DNA of 40,846 nucleotides, from assembly GCA_009787915.1 (NCBI GenBank), contig WQSK01000004.1, positions 1-40,846 on the forward strand, read 5' to 3'. This document shows, piece by piece, positions 18,700 to 29,555 of this stretch. The notes below the pieces were generated by a model. The model had not been told where the DNA came from. It saw only the letters and a list, made by a program, of their open reading frames with translations, and searched no databases. Position numbers and translations under genes: made by a program. The DNA comes from Bacillota bacterium. GTDB taxonomy: Bacteria > Bacillota > Clostridia > Christensenellales > UBA1242. Positions within the stretch are counted from its first letter, which is position 1; each line of letters starts with the position of its first letter.

Positions 18700-19944
18700 G
18701 ATTTTATAGTTTCTTGTGACTTTTTTGACCGCGCCGAAGAATCCCATTGAATCAATATCTGCACCCGTCACAAGGTCAATCTCGGAAACAACAACGCCTT
18801 CGTCGGTCACGATAATTTTACCAACGGCATCCCCCATTTTGTGTGGTGCCTTTACGTGTTCGTTCATTTCAATAGCCACAGTCGGTGCCGCCCCTTTGTC
18901 GCCCTTTTTCACAAGGTCAAAAAAGTTGTCCTTTGCGAACACATCAATTTTATCGGTCATCGCACCCTTTACATTAATCTGTCCGACAATTTGGTTTTTA
19001 TCAACAATAAGTTTGCTTTCATAACTGTCCATAGCATGGCGCATAAGGGCACCACTCTCGTTAAAACGAGTTTGGCTATTCTCCGCACCGATAATTACAG
19101 CGATAGGTTTGATTTTCCCACGCTCGGCCGATACAGTGATACAGTGTCCTGCTTCATTCGTAAAGCCCGTCTTTCCTCCCAAACATCCGTCAAAGAATTT
19201 TGCGTGCTTGTTTGTGTTTGTAAGACCAGTCACGCGACCGCTTGGGTGCGCAAAGTCATACATCCATGTGTTTGTAACATCGATATCATAGAACGGTGAA
19301 GAAATCATATATTGGAAAACCTTTGCAACGTCTGCGGCCGTAGAATATGCCTCGGCGGCTGGTAAACCCGTTGCGTTTGCGTATCTTGTGTTTTCCATAC
19401 CCAAACGTGTAGCGAGTTCGTTCATGCGGTCAACAAACGCTGACTCGCTTCCTGCAATAAGTTCCGCCATAGCAACACATGAATCATTGGCACTGGCAAC
19501 AATGATTGTTCTTATAAGTTCTTTGACTGAATATTCTGCCTCGAAATCGAGGAAGGCTTGGGAACCACCCATTCCGCTTGCTTCACGGCTGACAGGAACC
19601 ATTTGTTCAAGGGTAATCTCACCTGCTTCCAATGCGTCGAAAATAACCGACAAGGTCGTAATCTTTACCATACTTGCGATTGGCAAGCGGTTGTGTTCGT
19701 CTTTTGTGAACAAAACTTTTCCGCTGTTGGCTTCGACAAGAAATGCGGATTTCGCTGTGATTTCGAGGGCCGATTGTTCCACAGCCGCAGACACCAATGC
19801 CGCCGCCGATACAACTGCATTCGTTGTTCCGCCTTCTTTACAACACTTAGGCCCCATCAGAAACACCGACCCAACTGCCACAGGGATTACCATGCCAAGT
19901 ATCAAAGTTTTTTTCACACCAAAAGTTTTTTTTTCCATACCCAT
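18697..19944 (-). CDS. dacF: D-alanyl-D-alanine carboxypeptidase (S11, DacF-like)
   Basis: IASMVK (SxxK), ASAND (SxN), GKTGFT (KTG), GMGGSQ; position downstream of spoIIM-like gene. Confidence 0.8.
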   Translation of the reverse strand: MGMEKKTFGVKKTLILGMVIPVAVGSVFLMGPKCCKEGGTTNAVVSAAALVSAAVEQSALEITAKSAFLVEANSGKVLFTKDEHNRLPIASMVKITTLSVIFDALEAGEITLEQMVPVSREASGMGGSQAFLDFEAEYSVKELIRTIIVASANDSCVAMAELIAGSESAFVDRMNELATRLGMENTRYANATGLPAAEAYSTAADVAKVFQYMISSPFYDIDVTNTWMYDFAHPSGRVTGLTNTNKHAKFFDGCLGGKTGFTNEAGHCITVSAERGKIKPIAVIIGAENSQTRFNESGALMRHAMDSYESKLIVDKNQIVGQINVKGAMTDKIDVFAKDNFFDLVKKGDKGAAPTVAIEMNEHVKAPHKMGDAVGKIIVTDEGVVVSEIDLVTGADIDSMGFFGAVKKVTRNYKI

Positions 19945-19984
19945 AGCGTTTGCAAAAATAATTAAATTATTCTAATATTTCAAT

Positions 19985-21157
19985 GTGGCTGACGGCACAA
20001 AGTTATTTATTATTGATACTTTACGCAGGATATCGCTCGCGTTACTTGGTGGCTTTTTGGTAATGTATTTTTTGCAACTTGGGAGCGACACAATTTACCC
20101 AATTGCCGCCATGTATCTAATAATGTGGATTGTTGCTGTGCTTGTTTTTTACGTAACAAGAAACTTGGTAAACCGCGGGAATAAACTTGTCCCCATACGC
20201 ATTTCGACGATTCTGCTTTTGGCAATATATGTTTTTGTAATTTTTACAAGGCACCACATTATTGATTTCTTTTGGGTTATTGGAATTTTGCGCGGATTGG
20301 AGGTCGGTTTCTATCACACCTCATTCAACCAGATGAAGTCAACAATAATATCGAACAAGAGCAGATTATGGTTTTTATCCATCGGACAAATCAGAACAGG
20401 TATCATTGATATCTTCTTACCAATTTTATTCGGGTTTATGCTGCTACGGTTAGAATATCATTATGTCGCCATAGTCATGGCTTTTATCTGTGCGATAAGT
20501 TTCTTGTTCTCTTTGTGCTTAAAAGACAAATCTCCTAAACTTGGCAAAACGAATATTCCGTTATTTATGAAAACTTTTTCTGAAAACAAGAAAATTAAAA
20601 AAGTCATGTGGGTGGCGTTTTTCAGCGGACTTACATATAACGCGAGTGCCTTTACCCTGATGATAACAATTTACACCGCATTGGTTCTCGGCAGCACATT
20701 CCACTTCGGGATGGCGGCCGCCCTATATTCCGTACTAGGAATGGTTGCAAGTCTTTTGGTCGCAAAATTCGGCAAAGAAAACAATTTCAAAACTTTGTCA
20801 TGGTCGGCTGTTTTAATAATCTTATCAACCTTTTTCTTTATGGTTTTCAACACAGATATTTATACCGTTATTATCTTCGCGTGCATAAATGCGTTCTTTA
20901 TCGTTTTCGCAAGCGCATTTGTGAGTAAAAACATCTACGACTACTCTAATCTTGATTGCGTCAAAGACAAACATAAAACAGAGTACTTTTTCATAATCGA
21001 AGTATTCCGATGTCTTGGCAGGGTTTTGGGACTTGTACTCTTAATCTTGACCGCGGTTTTCAGTAGCACATTGTTCTTGCAAATATCAATGGTATTAATC
21101 GGGCTTATGTTTATCCCATTGGTATTTATAAACAATAGACTGGGGATGAGTGCATGA
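19985..21157 (+). CDS. MFS transporter
   Basis: About 12 hydrophobic segments in two halves; promoter TTGCAA-17-TAATAT-6 nt-GTG. Confidence 0.8.
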   Translation: MADGTKLFIIDTLRRISLALLGGFLVMYFLQLGSDTIYPIAAMYLIMWIVAVLVFYVTRNLVNRGNKLVPIRISTILLLAIYVFVIFTRHHIIDFFWVIGILRGLEVGFYHTSFNQMKSTIISNKSRLWFLSIGQIRTGIIDIFLPILFGFMLLRLEYHYVAIVMAFICAISFLFSLCLKDKSPKLGKTNIPLFMKTFSENKKIKKVMWVAFFSGLTYNASAFTLMITIYTALVLGSTFHFGMAAALYSVLGMVASLLVAKFGKENNFKTLSWSAVLIILSTFFFMVFNTDIYTVIIFACINAFFIVFASAFVSKNIYDYSNLDCVKDKHKTEYFFIIEVFRCLGRVLGLVLLILTAVFSSTLFLQISMVLIGLMFIPLVFINNRLGMSA

Positions 21158-21738
21158 TATATCTTCTGCGACATGGTGAAACAGATTTTAATGTTAAAAA
21201 CTTGCTTATGGGTCAATTAGACATCCCACTTAATGCAAATGGTATCTCACAGGCGCACTCTGCTATTACGGATGTCACAAAAATCAAATTCGATTATATT
21301 TTCTCATCAGACCTTGCACGCGCAAGACAAACAGCCGAGATTATAAACAAGCATCTAAACCTCAATATAACTTTTGACAAAAGATTGCGGGAGGTTGGAC
21401 TTGGCGAACTTCAAGGGAGAGAGAGAAAAAATATAACCGCTTGTGAATGGGAAAAGTTCAACGAACGCCCAGAATTATTTGGCGGCGAACCATGGTGTCG
21501 CATATTTTCACGCGCAAAAAGTTTTATCCATGAAATCTCATCATACAAGGGTGATATTTTAGTCGTAGGCCACAGTGGTTTATTTAAAATAATGATGTGT
21601 TATGCCGACAACAAAAATTTCAAAGACTTCATGAGGTATTTTATACAAATTGAAATACCGCACTCTAAAATACAAACACTAGGTTACTTAAAATCAACCA
21701 ATACAAGAACCACTCGAAAAGACCAAAACACGCAATGA
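21154..21738 (+). CDS. Histidine phosphatase (phosphoglycerate mutase family)
   Basis: RHGET, SSDLARARQTA, LRE, LVVGHSG; ATGA coupling to the MFS gene. Confidence 0.9.
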   Translation: MIYLLRHGETDFNVKNLLMGQLDIPLNANGISQAHSAITDVTKIKFDYIFSSDLARARQTAEIINKHLNLNITFDKRLREVGLGELQGRERKNITACEWEKFNERPELFGGEPWCRIFSRAKSFIHEISSYKGDILVVGHSGLFKIMMCYADNKNFKDFMRYFIQIEIPHSKIQTLGYLKSTNTRTTRKDQNTQ

Positions 21739-22300
21739 TTATTATGAACTTTGTGCACGCGGCCACGAGTTCGTTTTTTGTAAATGCCCCACGGAGTCCG
21801 CTGCTCCTTGCCGTTGCACAGGTTCGCAAACACCAGACTGCTGCCGCAATGACGATGACTAATAGCACAAGCATTATAAACAAATACACGATGAACAATA
21901 TAACCCCCGTGATTGCGCCGAACCTTGACAACGCCCAATACAAATTAATGAACATCTCGAAACCCTTATAAGCCAACACAACAAAAACAACCCATGATGC
22001 CCAGCGGTGTAGGCTTGCAACAAACATTATCACAAACACAAGTGTAAACGAAAAAATCCGTGTGATAACTATGGAGCCCAAACTCACATTCGGTCGGACG
22101 ACCCTTAGGATGTTTCCGTCCAAAATGTTGTTTCCGATTTGGATTACGTTGAACCTCGGATTAAAAACCACCGACGCCCCAATAATCATGCCAACAACAA
22201 AAGCCGCAAAAAGACATATCAAAAGAACCTTGTCCATCCTCCAACGAACGGCAATAGCCCCGCGCAATATAAACAGCCCTCGGCGACAACTATGTTTCAC
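21665..22300 (-). CDS. Membrane protein, SpoIIM-like
   Basis: About 5 TM segments, VVGMIIG and AYKGF patterns, SigE-like CATATAAAT upstream, location upstream of dacF/scpAB. Confidence 0.55.
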   Translation of the reverse strand: MKHSCRRGLFILRGAIAVRWRMDKVLLICLFAAFVVGMIIGASVVFNPRFNVIQIGNNILDGNILRVVRPNVSLGSIVITRIFSFTLVFVIMFVASLHRWASWVVFVVLAYKGFEMFINLYWALSRFGAITGVILFIVYLFIMLVLLVIVIAAAVWCLRTCATARSSGLRGAFTKNELVAACTKFIIIIACFGLFEWFLYWLILSNLVFVF

Positions 22301-22335
22301 ATAAATTTATATGTTTGCTTTTACTTAAATATTAG

Positions 22336-23280
22336 TTACGCATTTGGCACAGGAGCCAATGGGAGGTCGGTTACAAAAACACCTTCGTCTTTAAAGCCCA
22401 AACAAATTCCAAAGTTGCCTTCTTTTATGCACTCTACTGCGCGCGCCCCGTATGATGTACCAAGATACCTATCGTGGTATGACGGTCTGGCTCCGCGTTG
22501 CATGTACCCAAGCGTGCAAAGCCGTATTTTGTCGTTCCCCATAGCCTCACCAATTTGTTTAACAAAAGTTGCTGCCTCCATAATTTCCGCAAACTGGGTT
22601 TCGGCTTTTTTTTCTTGAAAGACACAAAAACTGCTTTCTTTTCCTTCTGCACGATTTTTTACAAAGATATCAGCAATTTGTTTTGGTGTATGTCGGTCAC
22701 CCTCCATGTCAATCACGTCGGCAAAAGACGCCTCCCCGATATGTTTCGCCAACCTATTACAGTTACGCCCCATGACTTTCACAACATAGTCGCGCCTTGA
22801 TGTTTCCATAGTTTCTTTGAACTTGTCGATTTGAACAACCGAGTCCTCGCACGCCGACGAAAAACCAAGGCAATTCATAGTGTACTCTACATCATTGTCA
22901 ATTGTTGCAGGAATAAAAATTGTATTAACACGCGCGTTTTTACACCGACCTGCACCGATAAAGGAACCATTTCCCCCAATAACAACAAGTGCCGTGAACC
23001 CTTGCTTTTTGTAATTTTTAATGGCAGCCGCAAACCCGTCCTTTGTCATAAGCCGTTTGCTTCGACCACAACGAAATTCACAACCGCTCCGTTGCGAGAT
23101 ACCTCTTGTGTTTTCCAATGTGAGTTGCACAAAGTTCCCGTCAATCAATCCGTCAAATCCGTCAATACCTGCGTACACAGAAATGTCAGGTGAAGCAAAG
23201 CGAAAGATTGCCTCCATGCACGCATTCATCCCAGGCGCGTCACCGCCACTTGCAATTACACAAATTTTTTGTTTAGCCAT
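22336..23280 (-). CDS. pfkA: 6-phosphofructokinase
   Basis: SGGDAPGMNA, IGGNGS, PATIDND, VMGR, LGYMQRG. Confidence 0.9.
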   Translation of the reverse strand: MAKQKICVIASGGDAPGMNACMEAIFRFASPDISVYAGIDGFDGLIDGNFVQLTLENTRGISQRSGCEFRCGRSKRLMTKDGFAAAIKNYKKQGFTALVVIGGNGSFIGAGRCKNARVNTIFIPATIDNDVEYTMNCLGFSSACEDSVVQIDKFKETMETSRRDYVVKVMGRNCNRLAKHIGEASFADVIDMEGDRHTPKQIADIFVKNRAEGKESSFCVFQEKKAETQFAEIMEAATFVKQIGEAMGNDKIRLCTLGYMQRGARPSYHDRYLGTSYGARAVECIKEGNFGICLGFKDEGVFVTDLPLAPVPNA

Positions 23281-23288
23281 ACTCCACT

Positions 23289-24776
23289 TTACCTCATACC
23301 CTTGGATTTAATCAACGTTTTTCTATAGTGATTTGCAAAACGATGGGCCTCGTCCCTAACTCGACAAAGGAGCCTTAGGGCATAACTGTGCTTGTCCAAA
23401 ACAATGGGGTCAGAACGATTGATTAAAAAGACCTCGTTATTTTCGGTAAAGCCAATGATTCTGTCCCTGGGAAACGATTCAGGTGAGAGTGGATTATCAA
23501 CATTGTCCACCGCAAGCATCGCCGCCGACAACTGCCCTTTACCGCCGTCCGCAATTATAAGGTCAGGGGTTTCACGAAAACTCTCGTCCGTACCACCGAT
23601 TCTGTTAAGGCGTCTGAGCAAAACTTCATAAATAGAAGCATAATCATCGCTGTCATTCGTGTGTCGGATTTTGAACTTGCGATACATTTTGCGTGCAACC
23701 TCCCCATCTATGAATACTACCATAGAGCCTACAACATGCTCGCCCCCTGTGTGCGAGATATCAAAACATTCTATTCGTTTAATATTGTGTTCAAAGCCCA
23801 AAACATTTTGCAACTCCCCACACGCACCATGCGTAAATTGGTGCTTTTGTTCGATTCGCTCGATACTCGTTTGCGCGTACTCTTGCGCATTTATATTGGC
23901 CATATCAACAAGTTTCTTTTTATAACCAACTTTGGCATCGGTGACAACTTCGGTCGGGCGGATGTTTTCAAAATAATATTGACCAATAAATTCATCAAGT
24001 TTTTCAGCATCGGTCTTTGGCGAGTTATTAAGATTAGAAAAGTTTTGTATCCCAATAATTTTCCCCGCACGAACTGTAAGAACTGATACGACAAAAACCT
24101 GGGCGGTGCTTGCACAACCAAACACGTCGCAATTGACGTTTCGTGCAACGTTTGCAATTGTGCGTTCCTTGAACTTGTCCAAAAAGTTCATCCCATTTCT
24201 ATACCTTATTGCAAGTTCAAACTGTTGTAACTCGGCGGCTTGGTTCATCTTTTGTTCCAGCACCTCGCGCGCATTAAATTCGTCCTCCCCTGACAAAAAG
24301 CGTTTAATATTCGCAATGGTTTCGGGGTCGCATTTACCGCGTACATTAAATAAATCATAAATCGTATCCATAATCCCAGATGCCCAAATGCCGTTGAAAT
24401 ACGGACCAAAGTATTTACCCCGCTTGTGCAATTGTCTGGTAATTTCAATCTTGTCATCTGTCACCAAAATATATGGGAAAGTCTTATTGTCTTTAAGCAA
24501 CACATTATAGTGCGGCTTATGACGGCGAATAAGGTTTGCCTCCAACGCCAAAGCATCATTTTCGGTCTTGCAAACAAAATAGTTAAAATCCACAACACGT
24601 TGTACAAGAGCAATTGTCTTTGCATCATGGTTGCCTTTTCGGAAGTACGATGACAGGCGTTTGAACAAATCTTTTGCTTTGCCAATGTAAATCACGTGGT
24701 TTGCCATGTCGCGCATTTCGTACACCCCAGGTACGTGCGGAACCAATTGCAGTTTCTCGTTAATGCGGTCGTTCAT
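23289..24776 (-). CDS. uvrC: Excinuclease ABC subunit C, shortened form
   Basis: PGVY..YIGKAK GIY-YIG domain, UVR helix FELAIRYR, ECFDISH, DGGKGQ, RDEAHRFA; start reset to ATG 24776. Confidence 0.92.
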   Translation of the reverse strand: MNDRINEKLQLVPHVPGVYEMRDMANHVIYIGKAKDLFKRLSSYFRKGNHDAKTIALVQRVVDFNYFVCKTENDALALEANLIRRHKPHYNVLLKDNKTFPYILVTDDKIEITRQLHKRGKYFGPYFNGIWASGIMDTIYDLFNVRGKCDPETIANIKRFLSGEDEFNAREVLEQKMNQAAELQQFELAIRYRNGMNFLDKFKERTIANVARNVNCDVFGCASTAQVFVVSVLTVRAGKIIGIQNFSNLNNSPKTDAEKLDEFIGQYYFENIRPTEVVTDAKVGYKKKLVDMANINAQEYAQTSIERIEQKHQFTHGACGELQNVLGFEHNIKRIECFDISHTGGEHVVGSMVVFIDGEVARKMYRKFKIRHTNDSDDYASIYEVLLRRLNRIGGTDESFRETPDLIIADGGKGQLSAAMLAVDNVDNPLSPESFPRDRIIGFTENNEVFLINRSDPIVLDKHSYALRLLCRVRDEAHRFANHYRKTLIKSKGMR

Positions 24777-24777
24777 A

Positions 24778-26079
24778 TCACTTCCCCAAACAAAAGCGCG
24801 AAAATATCGTATCCAGCACGGCCTCGGACGTATTCGTCCCCGTAACATTTGATATATGAAACAAACCCGTAGACACGCACGACCCAACAAGGTCTATGGT
24901 TTCACCCTTTTTTAACGAAGATATCGCATAGTCCAAAGACTCTGATGCCAACCGAATTTGTTCGCGCTGTCGCATGTTTGCGTTGACCCGCGCGTTTGAC
25001 TTGCCCGCCACCCCAACGGTTTTTTCGATGATTTGTGATTTCAAGGTATCAATCCCCTCGCCCGTTTTTGCCGAGGTATACACCCAGCCTGCTTTATGCT
25101 TTGTTTTTGTGGTGTCACACTTGTTCCGAACAACGATATGCACTTTTGATTTAACTAGGCTCATAATATCTTTATCGACCATATCCGTGTCTGTCACAAC
25201 AATAGCAACATCACACTCCTCGGCAAGTTTGCGCGTCCGCTCTTGCCCACATTTTTCAATTTTGTTACCTCCGCTTCGCAAACCCGCGGTGTCGAGGAAA
25301 ACAACCTTGTACCCCTCAATCTGGATAGCCTCGGAAATTGTGTCTGTTGTTGTTCCTGCGATGTCGGTGACGATACTGCGACTGGTTCCCAATATCGCGT
25401 TAAAAATTGAACTCTTGCCGACATTTGGCGCACCAAAAAATGCCACGCGAATCCCATTATAGATGTACTCGGCATTACGTTGGTTTTCATTAAGTTTTAA
25501 AAGGCTATTTTTGCACTCGGAAATTTGCGGTAGCACATTGGTTAAGGGCACATCCTCGGGGTGGTCGTTGTGTGCCTCGATTAAAGCCGATACACCCAAC
25601 AACTTTTTTTCAATATCAATCATCGTGTCATGAAATTCGGAATGTAAATATGCCGACCCCAATTCCGCCTCGGATTCGGCATGGATAATATTTGCAATCG
25701 CCTCGGCACCGCTAAGTGTCACACGCCCGCCTAGCAAAGCACGGCGCGTGAACTCGCCAGGTTCTGCCAAACGGCAACCGAGCGAAATCAAATGCTCTAT
25801 GGTTTTATCCAAGAGTATCTGCCCACCGTGCATTTGTAATTCAACAACATCTTCGCCTGTGAAACTTTTTGGGTTCTTGAAAAAAATTGCTACCGAATTA
25901 TCGCACACGAAACCAAACCAAACATTAACCGACGTTGCCTTTCTTGGTTCCAACAAAACACCCGTAATTTTTTGGGCTATGGCGTGTGCCTTGTCACCGC
26001 TGATACGTATTATACCCACCCCGCCAAGTCCTCGGGGTGTCGCAACAGCAACAATTGTGTCAGTGGATATCGAGCGCAC
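24778..26079 (-). CDS. mnmE: tRNA modification GTPase MnmE
   Basis: DTIVAVATP, SFTGEDVVE, AEPGEFTRRA, GAPNVGKSS, DTAG, NKCD, C-terminal FCLGK; start estimated at GTG 26079. Confidence 0.95.
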   Translation of the reverse strand: MRSISTDTIVAVATPRGLGGVGIIRISGDKAHAIAQKITGVLLEPRKATSVNVWFGFVCDNSVAIFFKNPKSFTGEDVVELQMHGGQILLDKTIEHLISLGCRLAEPGEFTRRALLGGRVTLSGAEAIANIIHAESEAELGSAYLHSEFHDTMIDIEKKLLGVSALIEAHNDHPEDVPLTNVLPQISECKNSLLKLNENQRNAEYIYNGIRVAFFGAPNVGKSSIFNAILGTSRSIVTDIAGTTTDTISEAIQIEGYKVVFLDTAGLRSGGNKIEKCGQERTRKLAEECDVAIVVTDTDMVDKDIMSLVKSKVHIVVRNKCDTTKTKHKAGWVYTSAKTGEGIDTLKSQIIEKTVGVAGKSNARVNANMRQREQIRLASESLDYAISSLKKGETIDLVGSCVSTGLFHISNVTGTNTSEAVLDTIFSRFCLGK

Positions 26080-26845
26080 GGACAAAATCCCAAAGCCTTG
26101 TATAATTTCCGTAAACCGTAACGACGTGTCTGAGCGAGAAACTTGTGCCTCCGCCGACTGCATTCGGATTTGTTGTGGCGAGATACCAGCGTTGTGCACC
26201 AAAGCCACCCTCTCTTAACGGGATATAAATTCTGAAAACATCCATATCGGATACCAAACGCTCACCTTCGTCATTGTGTAAAAACTCAAACTCTGTACGC
26301 GAGTCTGGAACAGGCGAAATACGGAAAACTGGTCTTGCAAATTCTATGACAATTGAATTTTGAGCAAAGGAACTCTCAAACGATGTTCCGCATTGAACAA
26401 ACCCATTGTTCCAACCTGTGGAGCCTCGTGGTCGTCCGCGGAAAACATCGGCAAGAACATTTGTCCTTGACCCTCGATGCAAAAGATTCAATACCTCCGC
26501 CATGGGTGCATAATGAAGATGTGTAGAATCGTTTGCACTTATCATCTCGCCTGGGCTGTTTGCATTTGCATTTCTATAGGTAATCATGAAAACATCTTCT
26601 TTCAAAATTTCGTGTCCGAAATTGCGCGGTATAGCAACCATTACAATCGACGCGGTTCCAAAACCAACAATCAAAAACACAACAAACGACACGGCCCAAA
26701 TAATAGCCATACGCGGAGTAATATTTTTTGTAAAACCAAAGATACGTTCGTTGAAAGATTTTGGGCGCGCGGTGTCGTCCTTTGGGGCGTCTATGGCCTT
26801 TTGTCTTTCTTCGTCCGTTGTGGACCCTGGTTTATACTCGCTCAT
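26060..26845 (-). CDS. Single-pass membrane hypothetical protein
   Basis: One TM near residues 46-71; ATGA coupling to the ftsH stop. Confidence 0.7.
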   Translation of the reverse strand: MSEYKPGSTTDEERQKAIDAPKDDTARPKSFNERIFGFTKNITPRMAIIWAVSFVVFLIVGFGTASIVMVAIPRNFGHEILKEDVFMITYRNANANSPGEMISANDSTHLHYAPMAEVLNLLHRGSRTNVLADVFRGRPRGSTGWNNGFVQCGTSFESSFAQNSIVIEFARPVFRISPVPDSRTEFEFLHNDEGERLVSDMDVFRIYIPLREGGFGAQRWYLATTNPNAVGGGTSFSLRHVVTVYGNYTRLWDFVRALDIH

Positions 26846-29505
26846 TCATTTTCCTTTTTCTCTTGATTTTCTGGCGTCTTAACAACTGGTTTCTTCGCCA
26901 CAGGCTTTCTTGGCGCAGTCGGTTTTTTTGCCTGGACAGGCTTTTCCTCTGAACCTGGCTCGGTTTCTGTAACCTCGGCCACTTTCACCGCCCTAGCCAA
27001 AATACTATCATATTCCGCCAAATTGTCAAGAGTCGGGAGTTGCGTCAACTCGTTCCCGTCCCTAACGTGCTGTCTGGCTTTTTCCATTTTTTCTTCCAAC
27101 TCAGCCAGTTTTTCAGGAGTCGACAACTTTGCCTCAACATAACGCTTGCTGTGCTTAAGAATTTTGTCCAATTCAACATCCAATAACTCTATCTCTGAAT
27201 TAATGCGGTCACGTTCTTCCGAGGATTTGGACTCCGCATCACGTTCTTCCATTTTTTTGATAACGTCTTTCGCAGACTTACCCTCCATGATAAGTGCAAT
27301 ATCCGCCGCATAAATTGTTTCGCGTTCAAGCAACACTTTTTTCATAACCTCGGCATGAGATTTGTGTTTTGTCAAAATCTCGGTAGCGCGTTTTTCGGCA
27401 TCCATTATCAGTGCCTTAATCTCGCCGTCAATCACAGATTGAAGTGCTTCCGAGCGGTTTTGGCTGTTATATAAACGCAGTGCCATTTCTTCTTCTTTAC
27501 CATAATAAAGAGGCCCAAGTTTTTTCGACATACCAAACGTTGTTACCATGTACTCGGCAAGGTTTGTTGCAACCTTGATATCGTTTGATGCACCCGTACA
27601 AATGTCACCATGGAAAAGTTGTTCCGCAACACGCCCACCCATAAGCATCGCCAATCTATGCGACAACTCGGTTTTCGATTTATGTTGTGTTTCTTTTTCA
27701 TGGTCGTTTGTTAGGGTATAACCTGCCGCCATACCACGCGGGATAATAGAAACCTCTTGCACCGTTTGGTCAGGTTGCAAAACACGGGAAATAATCGCGT
27801 GACCTGCCTCGTGATAAGCCGTAATTTTTTTATCTTCTTCGGTAATGATTCGGCTTTTTTTCTGTGGTCCAAGTATAACCTTGTTAATACCCTCGGTAAT
27901 ATCAGACATACTGATTTTACGTTTGTCTTTTTTTGCGGCAATAATCGCGGCTTCGTTCAACAAGTTCTCGATATCAGCACCCGAAAACCCAGACACGATT
28001 TGCGCAACACGCTTAAGGTCAACATCGCCGCCCAATGGTTTGCCCTTGGCGTGGACTTTAAGGATTTGCTCGCGCCCCTTAACATCAGGGAGTTGCACAA
28101 CAATTTGCCTGTCAAATCGACCTGGGCGTAAAAGTGCTTGGTCCAAAATATCTGGACGGTTTGTGGCGGCAATAACAATAACGCCCTCCGATTTTGTAAA
28201 GCCATCCATTTGAACCAAAAGTTGGTTAAGGGTTTGTTCGTTTTCTTCAGAAACACCGCTGACCCCTACACCGCGCATACGTGCGATAGAGTCAATTTCG
28301 TCAATAAAGATAATCGCAGGTGCGTTTGCTTTTGCGGTTTCAAAAAGGTCGCGCATACGGCTTGGTCCAACACCAACAAGCATCTCCGAGAAGTCCGAAC
28401 CGCTTATTGAAAAGAAATGAACCCCTGCTTCCCCTGCAATTGCTTTTGCCAAAAGTGTTTTTCCTGTACCTGGTTGTCCCACAAGCAAAACACCTTTAGG
28501 GATACGGGCACCGAGGTCGAGGAATTTCTTTGGGTTTCTTAGGAAATCAACAATTTCCATAACCTGTTCTTTTTCTTCTTCGATACCTGCGACGTTTGCA
28601 AATTTTACATCGCCACCGATTGTATGTGTCGCACGGTTTTTACCCATGTTTCCCAAACCGCCACGGCTTGAAAACGACCTAAATATAAGGAACGCAACCA
28701 ACAGGAATACCATGATTGAAAGGACACTTAAGATGTTTCCAAAGTTAAACCAGTTTGACGGAATCTCACTTGAATTTACATGGAACGAATAACGTGCCGC
28801 GAACTGATTTACAAAAGTATTTACTTGACGGATGTGTGCCCATTGTTCGTTTGATAAGTTCGCATGAGGGGATACCTCGTTTCCCAAAAACCCTGCTAAC
28901 TCGCTTGGGTCAATGTTAAATGCACCCTCAACATAGTCATCATCGGTCGAAGTAAGACCATAGTTTGCAGTTAGAAATGTATTAAGCAAATCCGCAAGCG
29001 CGCGTGCCTGTACATTTACGAAAGAGTTATAAGCCATCCAAATTGCGCTGATGTCGTGAACCATTGTATAATGGAAAACATATGTAGCATGACGGCTTGG
29101 GTTACTTTGGAATCTGTCCAACATTTGCGGGTCGGTGAAGCCATGTCTTAAAACATAGAATTGATTCCCTTGCTGTACAATAGCAGCGATGTTGCTTGTA
29201 GGAATATAGACATAGTGATGACCGAAATCGTCACTACCAAAACGAACATCTGTTGTTTCGCCTTCTATGGTTTGTCTAAGCCTTGTTGTTTCAAAAATCC
29301 ATGCGCCATTTGGCCCAATTGGTTTTGAAACCAAACCGATATCACGCGTGAACTGTGTGTAGGTTGAACGCCGTACTTGTGTCCCGCACGCGTTCATAGA
29401 ATTCATAATCAAAAAAAGTACTAATACAATAGTAACAATGTAAAACAGCGATGACCCGCCGCGTCTTCTTTGTTGTGGTGCTTGTTGTTGCTGTTCAGTG
29501 CTCAT
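26842..29505 (-). CDS. ftsH: ATP-dependent zinc metalloprotease FtsH with long extracellular loop and C-terminal extension
   Basis: Two TMs, [36 protein letters not shown]; start reset to ATG 29505, 6 nt after CATACT. Confidence 0.96.
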   Translation of the reverse strand: MSTEQQQQAPQQRRRGGSSLFYIVTIVLVLFLIMNSMNACGTQVRRSTYTQFTRDIGLVSKPIGPNGAWIFETTRLRQTIEGETTDVRFGSDDFGHHYVYIPTSNIAAIVQQGNQFYVLRHGFTDPQMLDRFQSNPSRHATYVFHYTMVHDISAIWMAYNSFVNVQARALADLLNTFLTANYGLTSTDDDYVEGAFNIDPSELAGFLGNEVSPHANLSNEQWAHIRQVNTFVNQFAARYSFHVNSSEIPSNWFNFGNILSVLSIMVFLLVAFLIFRSFSSRGGLGNMGKNRATHTIGGDVKFANVAGIEEEKEQVMEIVDFLRNPKKFLDLGARIPKGVLLVGQPGTGKTLLAKAIAGEAGVHFFSISGSDFSEMLVGVGPSRMRDLFETAKANAPAIIFIDEIDSIARMRGVGVSGVSEENEQTLNQLLVQMDGFTKSEGVIVIAATNRPDILDQALLRPGRFDRQIVVQLPDVKGREQILKVHAKGKPLGGDVDLKRVAQIVSGFSGADIENLLNEAAIIAAKKDKRKISMSDITEGINKVILGPQKKSRIITEEDKKITAYHEAGHAIISRVLQPDQTVQEVSIIPRGMAAGYTLTNDHEKETQHKSKTELSHRLAMLMGGRVAEQLFHGDICTGASNDIKVATNLAEYMVTTFGMSKKLGPLYYGKEEEMALRLYNSQNRSEALQSVIDGEIKALIMDAEKRATEILTKHKSHAEVMKKVLLERETIYAADIALIMEGKSAKDVIKKMEERDAESKSSEERDRINSEIELLDVELDKILKHSKRYVEAKLSTPEKLAELEEKMEKARQHVRDGNELTQLPTLDNLAEYDSILARAVKVAEVTETEPGSEEKPVQAKKPTAPRKPVAKKPVVKTPENQEKKENE

Positions 29506-29555
29506 GTCCATAGTATGCCATATGACAAAATTAAAATACAAGCCAAATCAGAAAA

